A DNA stretch of 64,000 nt, taken from the NCBI GenBank assembly GCA_965644495.1, contig CBFFSA010000001.1, positions 558,001-622,000 on the forward strand. Direction: 5' to 3'. The first letter of the stretch is position 1, and each line of letters starts with the position of its first letter. This DNA is from Perkinsela sp. CCAP 1560/9. Taxonomy: Eukaryota; Protista; Euglenozoa: Kinetoplastea. The notes beneath the pieces were generated by a model that was given only the letters and a program-made list of their open reading frames with translations, was not told where the DNA came from and ran no database searches. Below are positions 1-10,946 of the stretch, piece after piece. The position numbers and the translations under genes are program-made.

Positions 1-192
1 GGGTGGAGTATCACTGCAAGATTTCAAACTCATCCATGCGAGCCTTCCCAAAAGAGAATCTTCCTTTAAATCTTTCGAATTTGAAGTGCAGGTGACCAAT
101 ATGAAATTCTCTTTTCGGTACCCCCATAGAAAAGATCCACTTAAACATTTGATATGTCTCGGCCACAAAAGGTGCAAAACTTCCGAAGACAT
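1..192 (-). CDS. 5' part of a gene running off the left edge (MSSEVLHLLWPRHIKCLSGSFLWGY...); possibly PIG-Q/GPI1-like
   Basis: ATG at 192 with an open frame to position 1 (64 codons), not in the ORF track. The hydrophobic-WP...SG-x-L-x-G pattern resembles the PIG-Q/GPI1 N-terminus (weak, by eye). Confidence 0.35.
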   Translation of the reverse strand, partial: MSSEVLHLLWPRHIKCLSGSFLWGYRKENFILVTCTSNSKDLKEDSLLGRLAWMSLKSCSDTPP

Positions 193-335
193 GCAAGCTA
201 GGTGTACTTACTCTGGGGTTGATTACATGACTACGTAATATAAAATAGGAGCACAAAAAATTTATCATTAACGACATAACAAATGCATTTGCATGCAGGT
301 TTGCTGAATATTTGCACGTAGAAATCGCATGTAGA

Positions 336-373
336 ATCTCATAAATTTATTAATATCTCATAAATTTATTAAT
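336..373. repeat. 19-bp perfect tandem duplication ATCTCATAAATTTATTAAT x2
   Basis: Read directly at 336-354 and 355-373. Confidence 0.9.
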
Positions 374-456
374 CACTTCGAGTGAAACGCCTACATACTT
401 CTGGAAATGTAATTGAAAAGTATAGTCTGATATGAATAATGAAAGCTGTCCTTTTT

Positions 457-2328
457 TCATGACTTCAACATTGGTCTGTGCCTTTTAAAGGTGTTTAATC
501 CAGGCTTGTCAGAGCCGTCCCCGAGGAGAGCAGGCACGTCCATTGTACCAGGCGTATCCTGCCTACCATAAGGTCGGAGTATTGTTTTAAACATCTCGTC
601 AAACTCTAGGTACTCCGAAGGCGTGTGGTCTTTTCGAGGATCAACCTTGTTTAACTCCTCCTCCATGGCTGTACAGAGTGTGTCATCCCCGCAATGATGC
701 GCCGAAAAGCGAACCAGTCGGGTCGTTTCAACACTAAGAGGTGTCAGACCCGCGTCTCGGGCTTTCATCCAAAACTCGATGGCTCGCATCCAGTGTCCCT
801 GAGCTACGTTGGCTGCGATCAGAATATTTGAGAGATCCCACCGTGGTTGTGGCCGACAGTTGTCAATCAACCGTCCATGAATGGCAAACAAAACGGCCCA
901 GTTCCTTTCCGTAAATGCTCTTCCCATAATACTTGCATACAAATCCGGTGCATTCGCCCGCAACGCCCCCGAGGAAAGCCCCCGATTCATCAACCGCAGC
1001 GCTTGTGCGGAACTCCCCACATCACTTGACTGCAAATACGCCGTAAACACCCTTTCCACCAAATACTCACTCGGCACCATCCCCCTCTCCCTCATCTCCC
1101 CCAGCAACCCCATCCCCACCTCCCACGGCCCCGCACTCGGGCACAGCACATTCCCCCTCCCCCTCCCCAGCGCCCTCACCACCTCCTCATACTCCAACGC
1201 CCCGACCCTTAGCCCGTTCCGCTGCAGCCCCCGCAGCAGCCCCAGCCCCACCCCCCACGCCCCGGTCTCCTCCGCCGCGTGCAGCCCCATATGCACCGCC
1301 GCCTCATGGGGGGTCACCCCAACCGACAGCACGTGCCGGAGCACCGCGACCACCTTCTCGTACCGCGCGGCCCGGTGACAGGCCAGCACGACGCGGTCGA
1401 AGGCGGGGGCCTCCACGGGGGATACCGCGTGGGGGGGGCGCGTGAGGTGGAGCAGGGCGTGGCAGGCGCTGTGCCACTGGGCCCCGAGCGCGTAGGCGTG
1501 GAGCAGGGCGGTGAGGAGGGGAGGGGGGGGGGAGGGGGCGTGGGGGTGGTGGGAGAGGAAGAGGGCGACGGCACGGGGCCACTGGGCGCTGAGGGTGCAG
1601 AGGGGGAGGAGGAGGAGGTAGCTCGCGGGGGTGAGGCGTACGGGGAGGGGGGAGGGGGTAGAGGTAGGGCTCATGGTGGGGGTAGAGGCCGTGTGGTTAG
1701 GTGTAGTGTTCGGTGGGGGGGGAGATGGAGTGGTGGAGGTAGTGGTCGAAGCTGTAGAGGTGCGGCTGTAGGGGTGGGATGGGGTGCTGTTAGATGTAGA
1801 CGGAGGGGGTGTGGAGAGACGTGGGGGAGAGGAGGAGGAGGGAGAGGGAGAGGAGGATGGGTGTGTCATGGGGACACGGTCCTCGGCAGGGGGATAGAGG
1901 GAGAGTGCCGCGAACCAGCCGTTTTCGAAGGATCGACAGGCGCGGTAAAAAGTGTGGTAGGGACGTAGGAAGAGGTCATGCTGGGCGGAGAAGGGGGTGG
2001 GTTGTGGGGGGTAGGTTGGGATGTTGGGGTGGTGGAATGGGGCTGCGGGAGGGCGGTGGGAAGAGAGCTGAAAGTTTGCTTCTTCTTCAGCAGGCGTGTG
2101 GATATATTTCTGGTAGTACTGCATGGTGTGCTGCAAGGGCTCGAGACGTGGACTGTGAGCTCGGAGAGCGTCAAGGAGTCGGCAGGTAGTGTCGGGGGTC
2201 AGAGGCACATGGTGGTGCATTGCGTCCATTACGGCGCACATAGCGAGTTCCCATTGGGTGCACTGGCGCAGAAATTGGTGGAGTAAATGACGTCTAGCGA
2301 CTAGTGTCCGTGTCCCTGCGCGAGGCAT
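457..2328 (-). CDS. PPR-like helical repeat protein, probably mitochondrial RNA-binding, with a Pro/Ser/Thr insertion
   Basis: Repeated W-x2-A-x2-L helices and PPR-like segments (LTALLHAYALGAQWHSA; MGLLGEMRERGMVPS). Arg-rich presequence-like N-terminus. Confidence 0.7.
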   Translation of the reverse strand: MPRAGTRTLVARRHLLHQFLRQCTQWELAMCAVMDAMHHHVPLTPDTTCRLLDALRAHSPRLEPLQHTMQYYQKYIHTPAEEEANFQLSSHRPPAAPFHHPNIPTYPPQPTPFSAQHDLFLRPYHTFYRACRSFENGWFAALSLYPPAEDRVPMTHPSSSPSPSSSSPPRLSTPPPSTSNSTPSHPYSRTSTASTTTSTTPSPPPPNTTPNHTASTPTMSPTSTPSPLPVRLTPASYLLLLPLCTLSAQWPRAVALFLSHHPHAPSPPPPLLTALLHAYALGAQWHSACHALLHLTRPPHAVSPVEAPAFDRVVLACHRAARYEKVVAVLRHVLSVGVTPHEAAVHMGLHAAEETGAWGVGLGLLRGLQRNGLRVGALEYEEVVRALGRGRGNVLCPSAGPWEVGMGLLGEMRERGMVPSEYLVERVFTAYLQSSDVGSSAQALRLMNRGLSSGALRANAPDLYASIMGRAFTERNWAVLFAIHGRLIDNCRPQPRWDLSNILIAANVAQGHWMRAIEFWMKARDAGLTPLSVETTRLVRFSAHHCGDDTLCTAMEEELNKVDPRKDHTPSEYLEFDEMFKTILRPYGRQDTPGTMDVPALLGDGSDKPGLNTFKRHRPMLKS

Positions 2329-2580
2329 CGCCTGTTTGCTGTGTATCTTTTCAGAAGGATGGGTTCCGCATTTACATTAGAAGAAACAAACGTGACCTGT
2401 AAACTAAGACCTCGAACTTTAAAATCTCAAATAGAAGGTAGTTTAGTTCGTGGTGATTTATAGTTAAAAACAGTTTTTTACCCTGGTACTCGTATTTTAC
2501 GATTTGCTGTTTACTCATCTTTCTCCAAACCTTGGTTGACACGAGCACAAATCAATTTGGTGTGGACTTCGTTTACTGGA

Positions 2581-3246
2581 CTACAATTTTGGAACGCAAG
2601 CATCGATACGTAAATAAGATGAGGGAATCCAACCTTTGAGGATGGACTCATGGGCTAAGTGCTTCTGCGCCAGGGTCCATAAGGAATCGGTGTCCTCAGT
2701 ATGAACCCAAACCTCTTCTCCGGCGACAACAGAGAGTTCCTTCTCATCTCGTGCGTTGAAGTCGTACAGGACAGTTGCCTTGGGGAGTCCTGGGTCTACG
2801 TTTTGAGAGGGTGTAGTAGCTCCCGTGTCATGTTCCTTATTGCCGGCTTTTGAGGATTCTACCTTTTGTGCACGTTGGGTATCCGATTTTTCTTTTGTAC
2901 TCTCCTCAATAGCCTTACTCGGATTTATTTTTATTCTTGACTCGTCCTGCCACAATGCCTTTTCTATAAAATATGCTGCCGCCGCGAGAAGGGCGAAAAG
3001 TGACAACCTTCGTGAGGCTCTCACAAGTGATGGAGGTAGAATTCGTTGTAGACCTCGAAACGTGTGATATACGGTAAACATCATGGTAAATAATTCATAA
3101 CCCCCCTGAAGAAGGGAGTGCAGCAGTGCACGAACGTTTTGCCATTGAGGTGTGGGTTGGGGTGAGGTGCCCATGGCAGGGGGAGGACCTCTCATACGGG
3201 CTCCTGAATTTCCTTCCATCATGTGCGACGTAGTGAATGCATTCAT
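2581..3246 (-). CDS. PEX13: Peroxin 13 (PEX13.1-type): hydrophobic segments, C-terminal SH3, PTS1-like terminus PKL
   Basis: SH3 motifs VLYDFNARDEKELSV and GWIPSSYL, preceded by two hydrophobic segments. Ends -PKL; trypanosome PEX13.1 has SH3 plus terminal TKL. Confidence 0.65.
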   Translation of the reverse strand: MNAFTTSHMMEGNSGARMRGPPPAMGTSPQPTPQWQNVRALLHSLLQGGYELFTMMFTVYHTFRGLQRILPPSLVRASRRLSLFALLAAAAYFIEKALWQDESRIKINPSKAIEESTKEKSDTQRAQKVESSKAGNKEHDTGATTPSQNVDPGLPKATVLYDFNARDEKELSVVAGEEVWVHTEDTDSLWTLAQKHLAHESILKGWIPSSYLRIDACVPKL

Positions 3247-3511
3247 AAAGTGATCACGGAAAATAGAGGAAAAATAACTGAAACAAGGATAGCAAATAAA
3301 GTAGAATAAATTCTATCGAATAGAGTACGCCTTCCACAAGTCAAGAAACGTTCACTATATTCTCAGCCCTCAAGGTCAATTCGGGATGAGCTCCCGGTGA
3401 ACGTCTTTGGAGTATTTACGATGAAACACAAAATCGCACTTTGAGATCATCTTACACGATATCTTACACGTTATCGATACGCTCCGCAATAATATATTTT
3501 TTCTGCCATCC

Positions 3512-4528
3512 CTACTCCTCAATATTTTTACCAAAAAGGGGCATTCCAACACACACCTCCTGCCCTTCCTTGACGAGCATCGGGAGCTCTTTGGGAATGT
3601 CAAGGAGAAGCACAACACAGGACCCGAAAGCAAAATGCCCCAGACACTCGCCTTGCCTGGCATGATACCCAATGTTGTAGTCATAATGTACCGCATGGGT
3701 GCGAACATCAAATCGATTCGTTTTAACTCGCTGGTCGTAGTCAAGTCGCACACTACCCACATTGGTAGCCCCAACAGCAACTAAAGAACATTTCTCCCCT
3801 TGTAGCACCACACGCTCATTGGACACAAGCAATCGTGGAAGCCAACGTAGCGCAGTCGATGTCACAGGAAGTAACGCCCCGGGAATGTGAACACTATGCA
3901 TGATATTAAAATCCACAGGGGCGTGAAAACGATGATAATCCCCTGGTCTCAAATGAAACACTAAACACACGCGTCGCTCACTCTCTCGACAACGCAACAC
4001 CTCGCGTTGTAGAAAGTTAGATAGCCGAAAGGAACACCCTTTGACTTGCTCAATCATCACATCAGCGCTCTCGGTGGTTTCAGGGATGGGAATAACACGT
4101 ACGAGCTCACCATCGCAGGGCGAGGTGGCGACGGTGTCGGTTAGCAAATGCGACACCACACGGCGAGTCGAGTGTTCTCGGGTAAAAAATTGTTGCAATG
4201 TGCGATAGGAGGTGAGGCCTTCCTCCGGGAAGTCAATCCCGTAGAGGTAAATAAAGGTTCGAATCGCACGTTGATGGACCCAAACGGGGAGGTACTCGCT
4301 GGAGGCGATGTTTCCGAAGGCGCGACTGAGTGCGTTCAGGGGGAGGGAGTACAAAAAGGAGACCATAAGAGGGGAGGCAACGCTGTCGGGGGGGCGGGTG
4401 TAGCTTGCGGTGGCGTAGGAGTAGAGGACGGAGAGAGGCACCGCAAGTGCAACCCCGGCGAGGCATTTATGCCAGAGCCAGGGTCGTAACGGATTCGAGT
4501 AGGGAAGACAGCGAGAGGCTGAGCTCAT
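3512..4528 (-). CDS. PISD: Phosphatidylserine decarboxylase proenzyme (mitochondrial type)
   Basis: FFTR, SPCDG, LRPGDYHRFHAP, NERVVL, VGATNVGS; cleavage motif FGSC. Confidence 0.92.
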   Translation of the reverse strand: MSSASRCLPYSNPLRPWLWHKCLAGVALAVPLSVLYSYATASYTRPPDSVASPLMVSFLYSLPLNALSRAFGNIASSEYLPVWVHQRAIRTFIYLYGIDFPEEGLTSYRTLQQFFTREHSTRRVVSHLLTDTVATSPCDGELVRVIPIPETTESADVMIEQVKGCSFRLSNFLQREVLRCRESERRVCLVFHLRPGDYHRFHAPVDFNIMHSVHIPGALLPVTSTALRWLPRLLVSNERVVLQGEKCSLVAVGATNVGSVRLDYDQRVKTNRFDVRTHAVHYDYNIGYHARQGECLGHFAFGSCVVLLLDIPKELPMLVKEGQEVCVGMPLFGKNIEE

Positions 4529-4875
4529 GGTGCGAAATGAGGACGGGCAATGATGGACGAGCGATGCGAAATCGACTTTCGAAAGAACAGAATGTGTTCG
4601 AGTCTTAAGAATTCTGGAGACAATTTTTCCAGGTCATTGTTTTCTGGCTGTTCCTATGGAAAGCAAATTATTAATATTACGCTCAAAACGTTTCATCATT
4701 TGGGTAGTGTTCCAGAGAAATAAAAGCGTCTCTTTAAAACCAGACATAAAACTCCGTTTTTATTATAGGCGAAATAAAGGTCAAAGGGAGAAAAGAGAAA
4801 AAAAGCATACCCCAAGTAAGAGAGATTTGACCAACAGATTTGGCCAAGTACGAAAAAAATTGTCACTTTCTGGCA

Positions 4876-6798
4876 TTAAGCTTCCTCTGCCCAAGCTAGC
4901 AGAAGACGTGGGTCATTGCGACACTCATCGAGCATTCGAACCCGGAGTTCCAAAAGTGATTTAATGTCATCAGAGCCCAGCCGAAGGGCAATTAATTCGA
5001 AAAGTGAGAAGAACATGTCTGCGTAGTCACCCGCTATATCACCAGGCAGGTCAGACACGGTAAGTGAAGAAAAATTATCATTACTCCCTGTTTTGTTAGT
5101 TGTTCTCCTTCGAGGATTGTGCTCTCCCTCATTTAGTAAAAGTGCGTCTCTTAGATTGTGTATATCAAGCAGAATTTCGCCAGCGGCACTGTAAAGAGGC
5201 TTAACCTCAACAGTAGAAGGGATGGCCAAGAGGGCGTTTCGGAGAAACCAAAGTAGAGAGACTACAACTCGAAAGACTCCGTAATGATCGTCACCCGGAA
5301 GAATGTTCCGTGAATTTCTCATGCCAAACTCCAAAATTTCTTGGTAACGGGCGCGTAGCTCTTGTGGAGAAAATCGTGAGTCCACGTTCTCCGTGCTACC
5401 CGTCTTTGACGATGCATGGCTGGTCTCAGGCTCCTGTGACGCCGAATCGAGAAGTAAAATAGATGCGGGAGATTTACCTTTGCTTATGTCGGTCCTTGGT
5501 CTGGCGACCGCCCGGTTCGGAAAGGTTGCCTGTTGACCCTCGACAGGATCCATAAGTCCAAATTTTTTCCGTTCATCCCACGGATCAACTGTGGCTACGT
5601 AGTGTGCCAATAGGTCCCGCGTGCACCGAGAAAGATTCCAACTTTGGCGTAGTACCGCACGTGATGCCAGAGCGCGACCATAGTATCGATACACCTCCAG
5701 CAGACTTTCCCAAATTTCGGTACTGCCACTGTAGAGCATGTTATACTCCACATCCATTTGTATGAGTCTGCAAAAGAAAAGCACCCGAGCCTGGTTTTCG
5801 GGCTCGTTGGAGCCATAGCGCTCTATAGCACTGCGTAATGCAGTAAGATATACTTGAGCAACGCCGACCTCCAGTGTGGTCTGTCCCTCGCTTTTTTGCT
5901 TTTCGAAAATTCGCTTCAGTGAGTAGAGATAGTTTTCCTTTCTTCCTGCACCGCGGTCGATCTCTAGGTGAAAATGATCAGCCTCCAGCACAGTCTGAAT
6001 ATCATAGCGCATTGCCAGTAAGGTACCCTCTGCGGTCAAGAAAGTGGCTATGCTCTCTAAGAAAGATGTTTCCGATTTCGGTACTCTTGACGCAAATGTC
6101 AGCGTATTTCGTAACCGGGTATCGCTGATAATATAGGACACATACGCCGCGTAACATTCAGTATCCAGTATCCCACGTAGCCCCTTCACATTTTCACGGA
6201 ACCGGTAAAAGCATTGCTGCATAAGCGCATACAACGCCTTTTGACCATACCGATGCGTTTCTTGCAAGCATAGCTGGTTGTACGTCGCCACCAACTCCGT
6301 TCGACGGATCTCACGAAACACCCCAATCTCCGGGGTCTCGGACGTGGCCGGCAACATATCCCACACCGTGTGAAGCACCTCCGTGGTGGCTTGATCCGGA
6401 CGAGCCCCCGCGCTTTTCATCTCATCCCACAGCGCGAACAACTCCTGCGTGGAGACCGCCTCATGCCTCGCGGCCCTGGAGAGCATCACGTACATCGTGT
6501 CGACATCCACCTTCACTCCTCGAGCAAACATTTCCTTATAAAACGTAATCATATCAGGAAAATTGCTACAGGAACGCAACGCCGCGTTGTACTCGTAAGT
6601 GAGATTTCGCAAGGAGTGGGCGAGGAACTCCCGAGGGGTTTTAGGGTTCAGCCCAACGAGCCAGGGCCGGGAGGGCCACTCACGGCGCTCCGTGACGGCG
6701 GTTGCGTAGGAGTCGATCCACTTGGGGTTGTGATGTGCCGGGTCCCATGCCTCACGTGGGATAAGCGCGGCGAGGCGTGGGGTAGCGGCAAGGAACAT
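4876..6798 (-). CDS. PPR-containing mitochondrial protein (KRIPP/mitoribosome-associated type)
   Basis: PPR motifs YNAALRSC...FYKEMFARGVKVDVDTMYVML and LWDEMKSAGARPD. Short presequence MFLAATPRL. Confidence 0.7.
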   Translation of the reverse strand: MFLAATPRLAALIPREAWDPAHHNPKWIDSYATAVTERREWPSRPWLVGLNPKTPREFLAHSLRNLTYEYNAALRSCSNFPDMITFYKEMFARGVKVDVDTMYVMLSRAARHEAVSTQELFALWDEMKSAGARPDQATTEVLHTVWDMLPATSETPEIGVFREIRRTELVATYNQLCLQETHRYGQKALYALMQQCFYRFRENVKGLRGILDTECYAAYVSYIISDTRLRNTLTFASRVPKSETSFLESIATFLTAEGTLLAMRYDIQTVLEADHFHLEIDRGAGRKENYLYSLKRIFEKQKSEGQTTLEVGVAQVYLTALRSAIERYGSNEPENQARVLFFCRLIQMDVEYNMLYSGSTEIWESLLEVYRYYGRALASRAVLRQSWNLSRCTRDLLAHYVATVDPWDERKKFGLMDPVEGQQATFPNRAVARPRTDISKGKSPASILLLDSASQEPETSHASSKTGSTENVDSRFSPQELRARYQEILEFGMRNSRNILPGDDHYGVFRVVVSLLWFLRNALLAIPSTVEVKPLYSAAGEILLDIHNLRDALLLNEGEHNPRRRTTNKTGSNDNFSSLTVSDLPGDIAGDYADMFFSLFELIALRLGSDDIKSLLELRVRMLDECRNDPRLLLAWAEEA

Positions 6799-6966
6799 GG
6801 GTGGGAGATATCAAAGGGATGAAAGAAGTTACACTTGATAAAAAAGGAGGTTTTATCGAGGCGTAACTTTATTCACAATCACGAGTGATAAAATTCTTAT
6901 GATTAGCGCAAAATGTTCATTTTAGAATTATTACATGAATTAATGTATATCAATGATGTTTGCATT

Positions 6967-8169
6967 TTACGATCTAGAAAAATAATTCGCTTTATCATTG
7001 GGGATTGGCGTCATTCTTTCTACCCTTGATGTACCCGGATGACGTTGCACTATTGTGGGATCTTCCCATGGGCGTAGGCTTGCCCTAGCCTGCACGATTT
7101 TCTCGTCAACCACAAAAGGAACTTTCTCAGCTGCAGACGAGCTCTTGTCCTCTTCATCAACGTCTTGATCAGGCAATCCTGGAATAGAACTAAATATTGA
7201 TACTTTGTTTGTACGTTTTAAGTTGCCAGCAAATCTTTCTCTTATGTGAACGTGAGTTGTTATGTAGTAGCCCCCTTGTTTCTGCATTTTTTTCAGTCTA
7301 AAAAACGCTCGGCGATCTTTCATAAACCTCAGCAACCCACCTTTCATGGCAAGATGCTCTCTCACTTCGTCGCTTAACGCAGCATTAATTTCAGTGAGGT
7401 GAAGAGGAACTATCTTTTCCCCGTTATCATGCAAACGAAACTGCTTCATGATCTCTTTCATTATCCCATCGTTGATACGCTTCGCAAAAACTTGTTTTTC
7501 AGAAGCTTTTCTTCTCTTAACTTTTTTCCTGATGTCGGACAATATTGTTAAAGGTTTTTCACTCCCATCATTGGAGCATTCTGGTGTGTCATCGACAGAG
7601 CATTGATCGTCTACAGGTGATTTCCCCAGCGGTGCACCAAATGTGGTCGAGGGTTCTGTATTTTCGCTCACAAAATGAAGGGGTGGGGGGACGCTTTTCG
7701 GGGGCGAATGCCTTCTACTGAAAGAGGTAGCAGTGAAAGGTGATGGCGCAAGTGATTGGTCGGCCATCGAAAATGGAGTTTGATTACCAGGAAACGCAGA
7801 AACTTGTGAGTGCGTAGAACCATGCGAGGAAAAAGGAAAGGATGTCACAGTACTATTTTGCTCACGCTCTGCTAAGTGTTTTTCTGATGTAAAAATAGGT
7901 AAATCAGGACCATTTGGTGCAGTCGTTGGTATAGGAATGCATTTTCTAAGTTCGCGTACGTTATAGTCGGTTCCAGCGTTATTATAGGAGTCAGGCACAG
8001 GAACTTGATCAGTTAAATCCCTCTTTAGTATTGAAGGGACCTCCTCTAATTTGTTGGAATTCTTTTCGATATCACTCGACTTAGATGTTGGTCGCTGATA
8101 ACCCCCGAACAGACTAGAGTATACGAATCGCGTTCTACTATAACTCATGCAACGAGTGCAAGAAATCAT
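6967..8169 (-). CDS. Hypothetical protein, likely mitochondrial, with a possible winged-helix/LOTUS-like domain
   Basis: About 400-aa ORF; first ATG at 8169. LTEINAALSDEVREHLAMKGGLLRFMKDRRAFFRL resembles OST-HTH/LOTUS-like helices. Confidence 0.55.
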   Translation of the reverse strand: MISCTRCMSYSRTRFVYSSLFGGYQRPTSKSSDIEKNSNKLEEVPSILKRDLTDQVPVPDSYNNAGTDYNVRELRKCIPIPTTAPNGPDLPIFTSEKHLAEREQNSTVTSFPFSSHGSTHSQVSAFPGNQTPFSMADQSLAPSPFTATSFSRRHSPPKSVPPPLHFVSENTEPSTTFGAPLGKSPVDDQCSVDDTPECSNDGSEKPLTILSDIRKKVKRRKASEKQVFAKRINDGIMKEIMKQFRLHDNGEKIVPLHLTEINAALSDEVREHLAMKGGLLRFMKDRRAFFRLKKMQKQGGYYITTHVHIRERFAGNLKRTNKVSIFSSIPGLPDQDVDEEDKSSSAAEKVPFVVDEKIVQARASLRPWEDPTIVQRHPGTSRVERMTPIPNDKANYFSRS

Positions 8170-8753
8170 TGCTGACGTAAGTTTCTGCGCAACCAAGTAG
8201 AAAGTGATTACGTATCTATCGTATATTCGTACTTTAATACCTACTCAGCAACGCACGTACCCTTAATACATTTCCATGTATCATTACATTTCCTCAAATA
8301 TCAAAAGGTATAAAAAATTAAAAAATACTGTGCTCCCTCTAGTTGTATCATTTTTTACCGTTATATTGCATTATTATACTGCTTTAATCCCCTCGGGCGA
8401 CCCTTGAACTTCTGATGTCTCGTAATAACTTTTCTGATCTTTTTCGAATGACAAACCTTATACCGTTTTCATTTTTGCATGAAAGTCAGCGGTTGTGCGT
8501 CATGCTGTGCGCACGAGATTGGAGAGCAGGAGTCGTAACTCATCACTATCACCATCGCCATCACTTTCGGACACATCTTACTTCACAGATGAATCAGATT
8601 GACCCCCTGAATCTCTTCTCCATTACCCTCGTTACAGCTAGGGTGTCACCTTTTCCGAAGGTAGCGACAACTAACTAGTGGGGTGCTGTACTAGTACTAA
8701 AACTAAATGTTTTAGTTTCTAACATCCAACGTTTTAATTTTTCATCTCAAACG

Positions 8754-10472
8754 TTATTTCGACGGCGTCTTATTTTGTCGCACCTTTTGATGTATCCATT
8801 TTCTAATTCCTTCTTCAAAGGCGGTATACTGATTCGAATTCGAAAGCATTTCAATGTAGACAAGAATATTTTCACAAAACTCACGCTGACGACTTTCGTT
8901 TAGATTAGCCAAGTGATCAATCAGTGCGGTAGAAGAGCCTAAATCCGCAATACACTGTTCAAAAATAAAATGCGTATCCTGATCCACAGGTGACGACAGC
9001 AACATCAGGTACAAGAGGGGAAAGGCATTTTCCTTTCTTTGGAGATAAGAAAGTACTTCGTAACAACGTGAAATTAGAGCGAATGGGATTGGCAAGTTAC
9101 GCAAAAAGCTTACATGAAGAAGCCTCCGGGCTGTCGAGGAAGTTAGAGTTTGTTGACTACGAGAAGCAAGAAGGCAAAGATGTCTCAATATGGAAGGAAT
9201 CAGTTTAGGATAATATTCCTCATTTCCAAGTGCCATCAAACAAATTTTTATGATGTCGTACCCCTCTTCTAATTCACAAAGTCTAGTCAACATTGGAACA
9301 AGAGCGGCACTAAGCAATTCCTTAGAGCTCCTCTTTGTGTCTTTCGAGCGAAGAGCCATTTCGGTAGTTATAGCACAGATAAACAAATCTTGAGCACTAA
9401 GCAAATGATTGGTCTGAGTAAACAAGCGACTAGATACTAGCTCTCCCCAAACAGCTGCAAAAGACTTCACATTTGCGCTCCTTGATTTCCAAGTCAGGTA
9501 AAGTGCCCTCGCAATCGAGGCAATGTGTTCAGCCCGAAACATTTTTCTGTGAACTCGACATTGATCCTCTAAGATTTCGACCCATGAAGCTTCTAGTGGA
9601 GTATCTTGCCCCATACCAATAGACCATATAGCAATCAATACATCTCTGGAGTCAAGCATATATTTCTCAGAACTCGCAGGCAAAACTCTAGAGAGTGTCA
9701 TGTACCTACTTGCATAGTATTTGTGATGTGACAGCAATATACAGTTGTCAATTTTTACGAAGTTTTGTGACTCCAATGAATGTTTTTTAAGGTTATACAT
9801 TTGGCCCGAGCTTCTTTTTTCTGCACTAATACCATCTGCGTTGTTCTCATCAGCTTTTCGCATGATATCAAAGGTAGGATGTGGCAAACTCAATAGAGGC
9901 AGAACACTATGTGTAACGCCTCGTTCCTGTAAGATGCAATACGTCAATATATAAAGAGCACTAGATATTTCACGTAGAGTTAGCTCGTCATCATCCCTCC
10001 TCCTAATAACTTCATGAAGGAGCACTTCTTGGACTTTAGTGCTTCCTAGCGCAAGAAGTCCCTTAAGTGCGCAAAGAGATAAGCTATCAACACTGACCGA
10101 CTTACTTACACAAATAACGTATTCTAAAAAGTCCCTCAGACGAGGTGGACTGCATCCTAAGTCAAATAGGCCCTCGCAAAGAGGGAGAAAGTGTGCCAGT
10201 TCAAGATGGCGGGAGACCGCTGCTTGATTCGTATCACTGAAATTGCAAACCACACCTTGTGTCGGATTCGCAAAACTACTCAGCATACTAGTTTCGGGCA
10301 TGAAATCTTTTAGTGCGACGTTAACTACGTCGAAGTATTTTTTGTAAATGTCAGAATTTTCAACAATATATCCCATTGGATTCAAAACTCGATGGAAGTG
10401 GCTTACAACTTCTCGTCTAAAATTGGTGAAAGCTTGAACATGCGTCAGAATTTGAGGCGTAGTGGACTGCAT
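8754..10472 (-). CDS. Hypothetical alpha-helical protein
   Basis: 572-aa ORF, Leu-rich helical character, pyrimidine tract directly upstream of the ATG. No recognised motif. Confidence 0.7.
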   Translation of the reverse strand: MQSTTPQILTHVQAFTNFRREVVSHFHRVLNPMGYIVENSDIYKKYFDVVNVALKDFMPETSMLSSFANPTQGVVCNFSDTNQAAVSRHLELAHFLPLCEGLFDLGCSPPRLRDFLEYVICVSKSVSVDSLSLCALKGLLALGSTKVQEVLLHEVIRRRDDDELTLREISSALYILTYCILQERGVTHSVLPLLSLPHPTFDIMRKADENNADGISAEKRSSGQMYNLKKHSLESQNFVKIDNCILLSHHKYYASRYMTLSRVLPASSEKYMLDSRDVLIAIWSIGMGQDTPLEASWVEILEDQCRVHRKMFRAEHIASIARALYLTWKSRSANVKSFAAVWGELVSSRLFTQTNHLLSAQDLFICAITTEMALRSKDTKRSSKELLSAALVPMLTRLCELEEGYDIIKICLMALGNEEYYPKLIPSILRHLCLLASRSQQTLTSSTARRLLHVSFLRNLPIPFALISRCYEVLSYLQRKENAFPLLYLMLLSSPVDQDTHFIFEQCIADLGSSTALIDHLANLNESRQREFCENILVYIEMLSNSNQYTAFEEGIRKWIHQKVRQNKTPSK

Positions 10473-10946
10473 AAAAGGAAATAAAAAGAAGTTGTTTTGT
10501 AGAAAAACATTACGAAGAGTGCATGTAATACTACACGTGAGCTACATGTATATTGCAATGGACATGTTCTACAATAGACAAGATAGACTGGTCATTTAGA
10601 CCCGATAACGCTCTGCGCTCAAGTTCGTTTCTAAAGAAAACTAGTTTAAGAAGCAACGACACAGTTTAACATTCCAATTTGAAGGCGTTTAAAATACAAA
10701 AAAAGTAGAGAAAAAGGGTTTTCTGCTGTCTTTTACTATTTGCACCATTAATAATTAACGGTTAGTAACTAATTTATAATTACTCATAATTATAGAGTCG
10801 CTAGAGTCGACGTAATCTATATTTTTTGTACGGGTTATTATAACCAAAAAAAAGTCTCCGAATTACCTTGTCCGCGTGACATTCAAAATTGCACAGAGCG
10901 TAGCAGTGAATAGCGCTAGTAATGTGTACTTCGTATAGAAATAAGC

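Noticed and set aside
11-277. 88-aa ORF from the track
   Set aside because: It overlaps a better-looking frame (ATG 192, open to the edge) and has no recognisable motif.
4630-4700. Further C/D snoRNA (ATGATGA...ATAGGAACAGC-CAGA)
   Set aside because: No canonical CTGA D box and a mismatched guide; unsupported without expression data.
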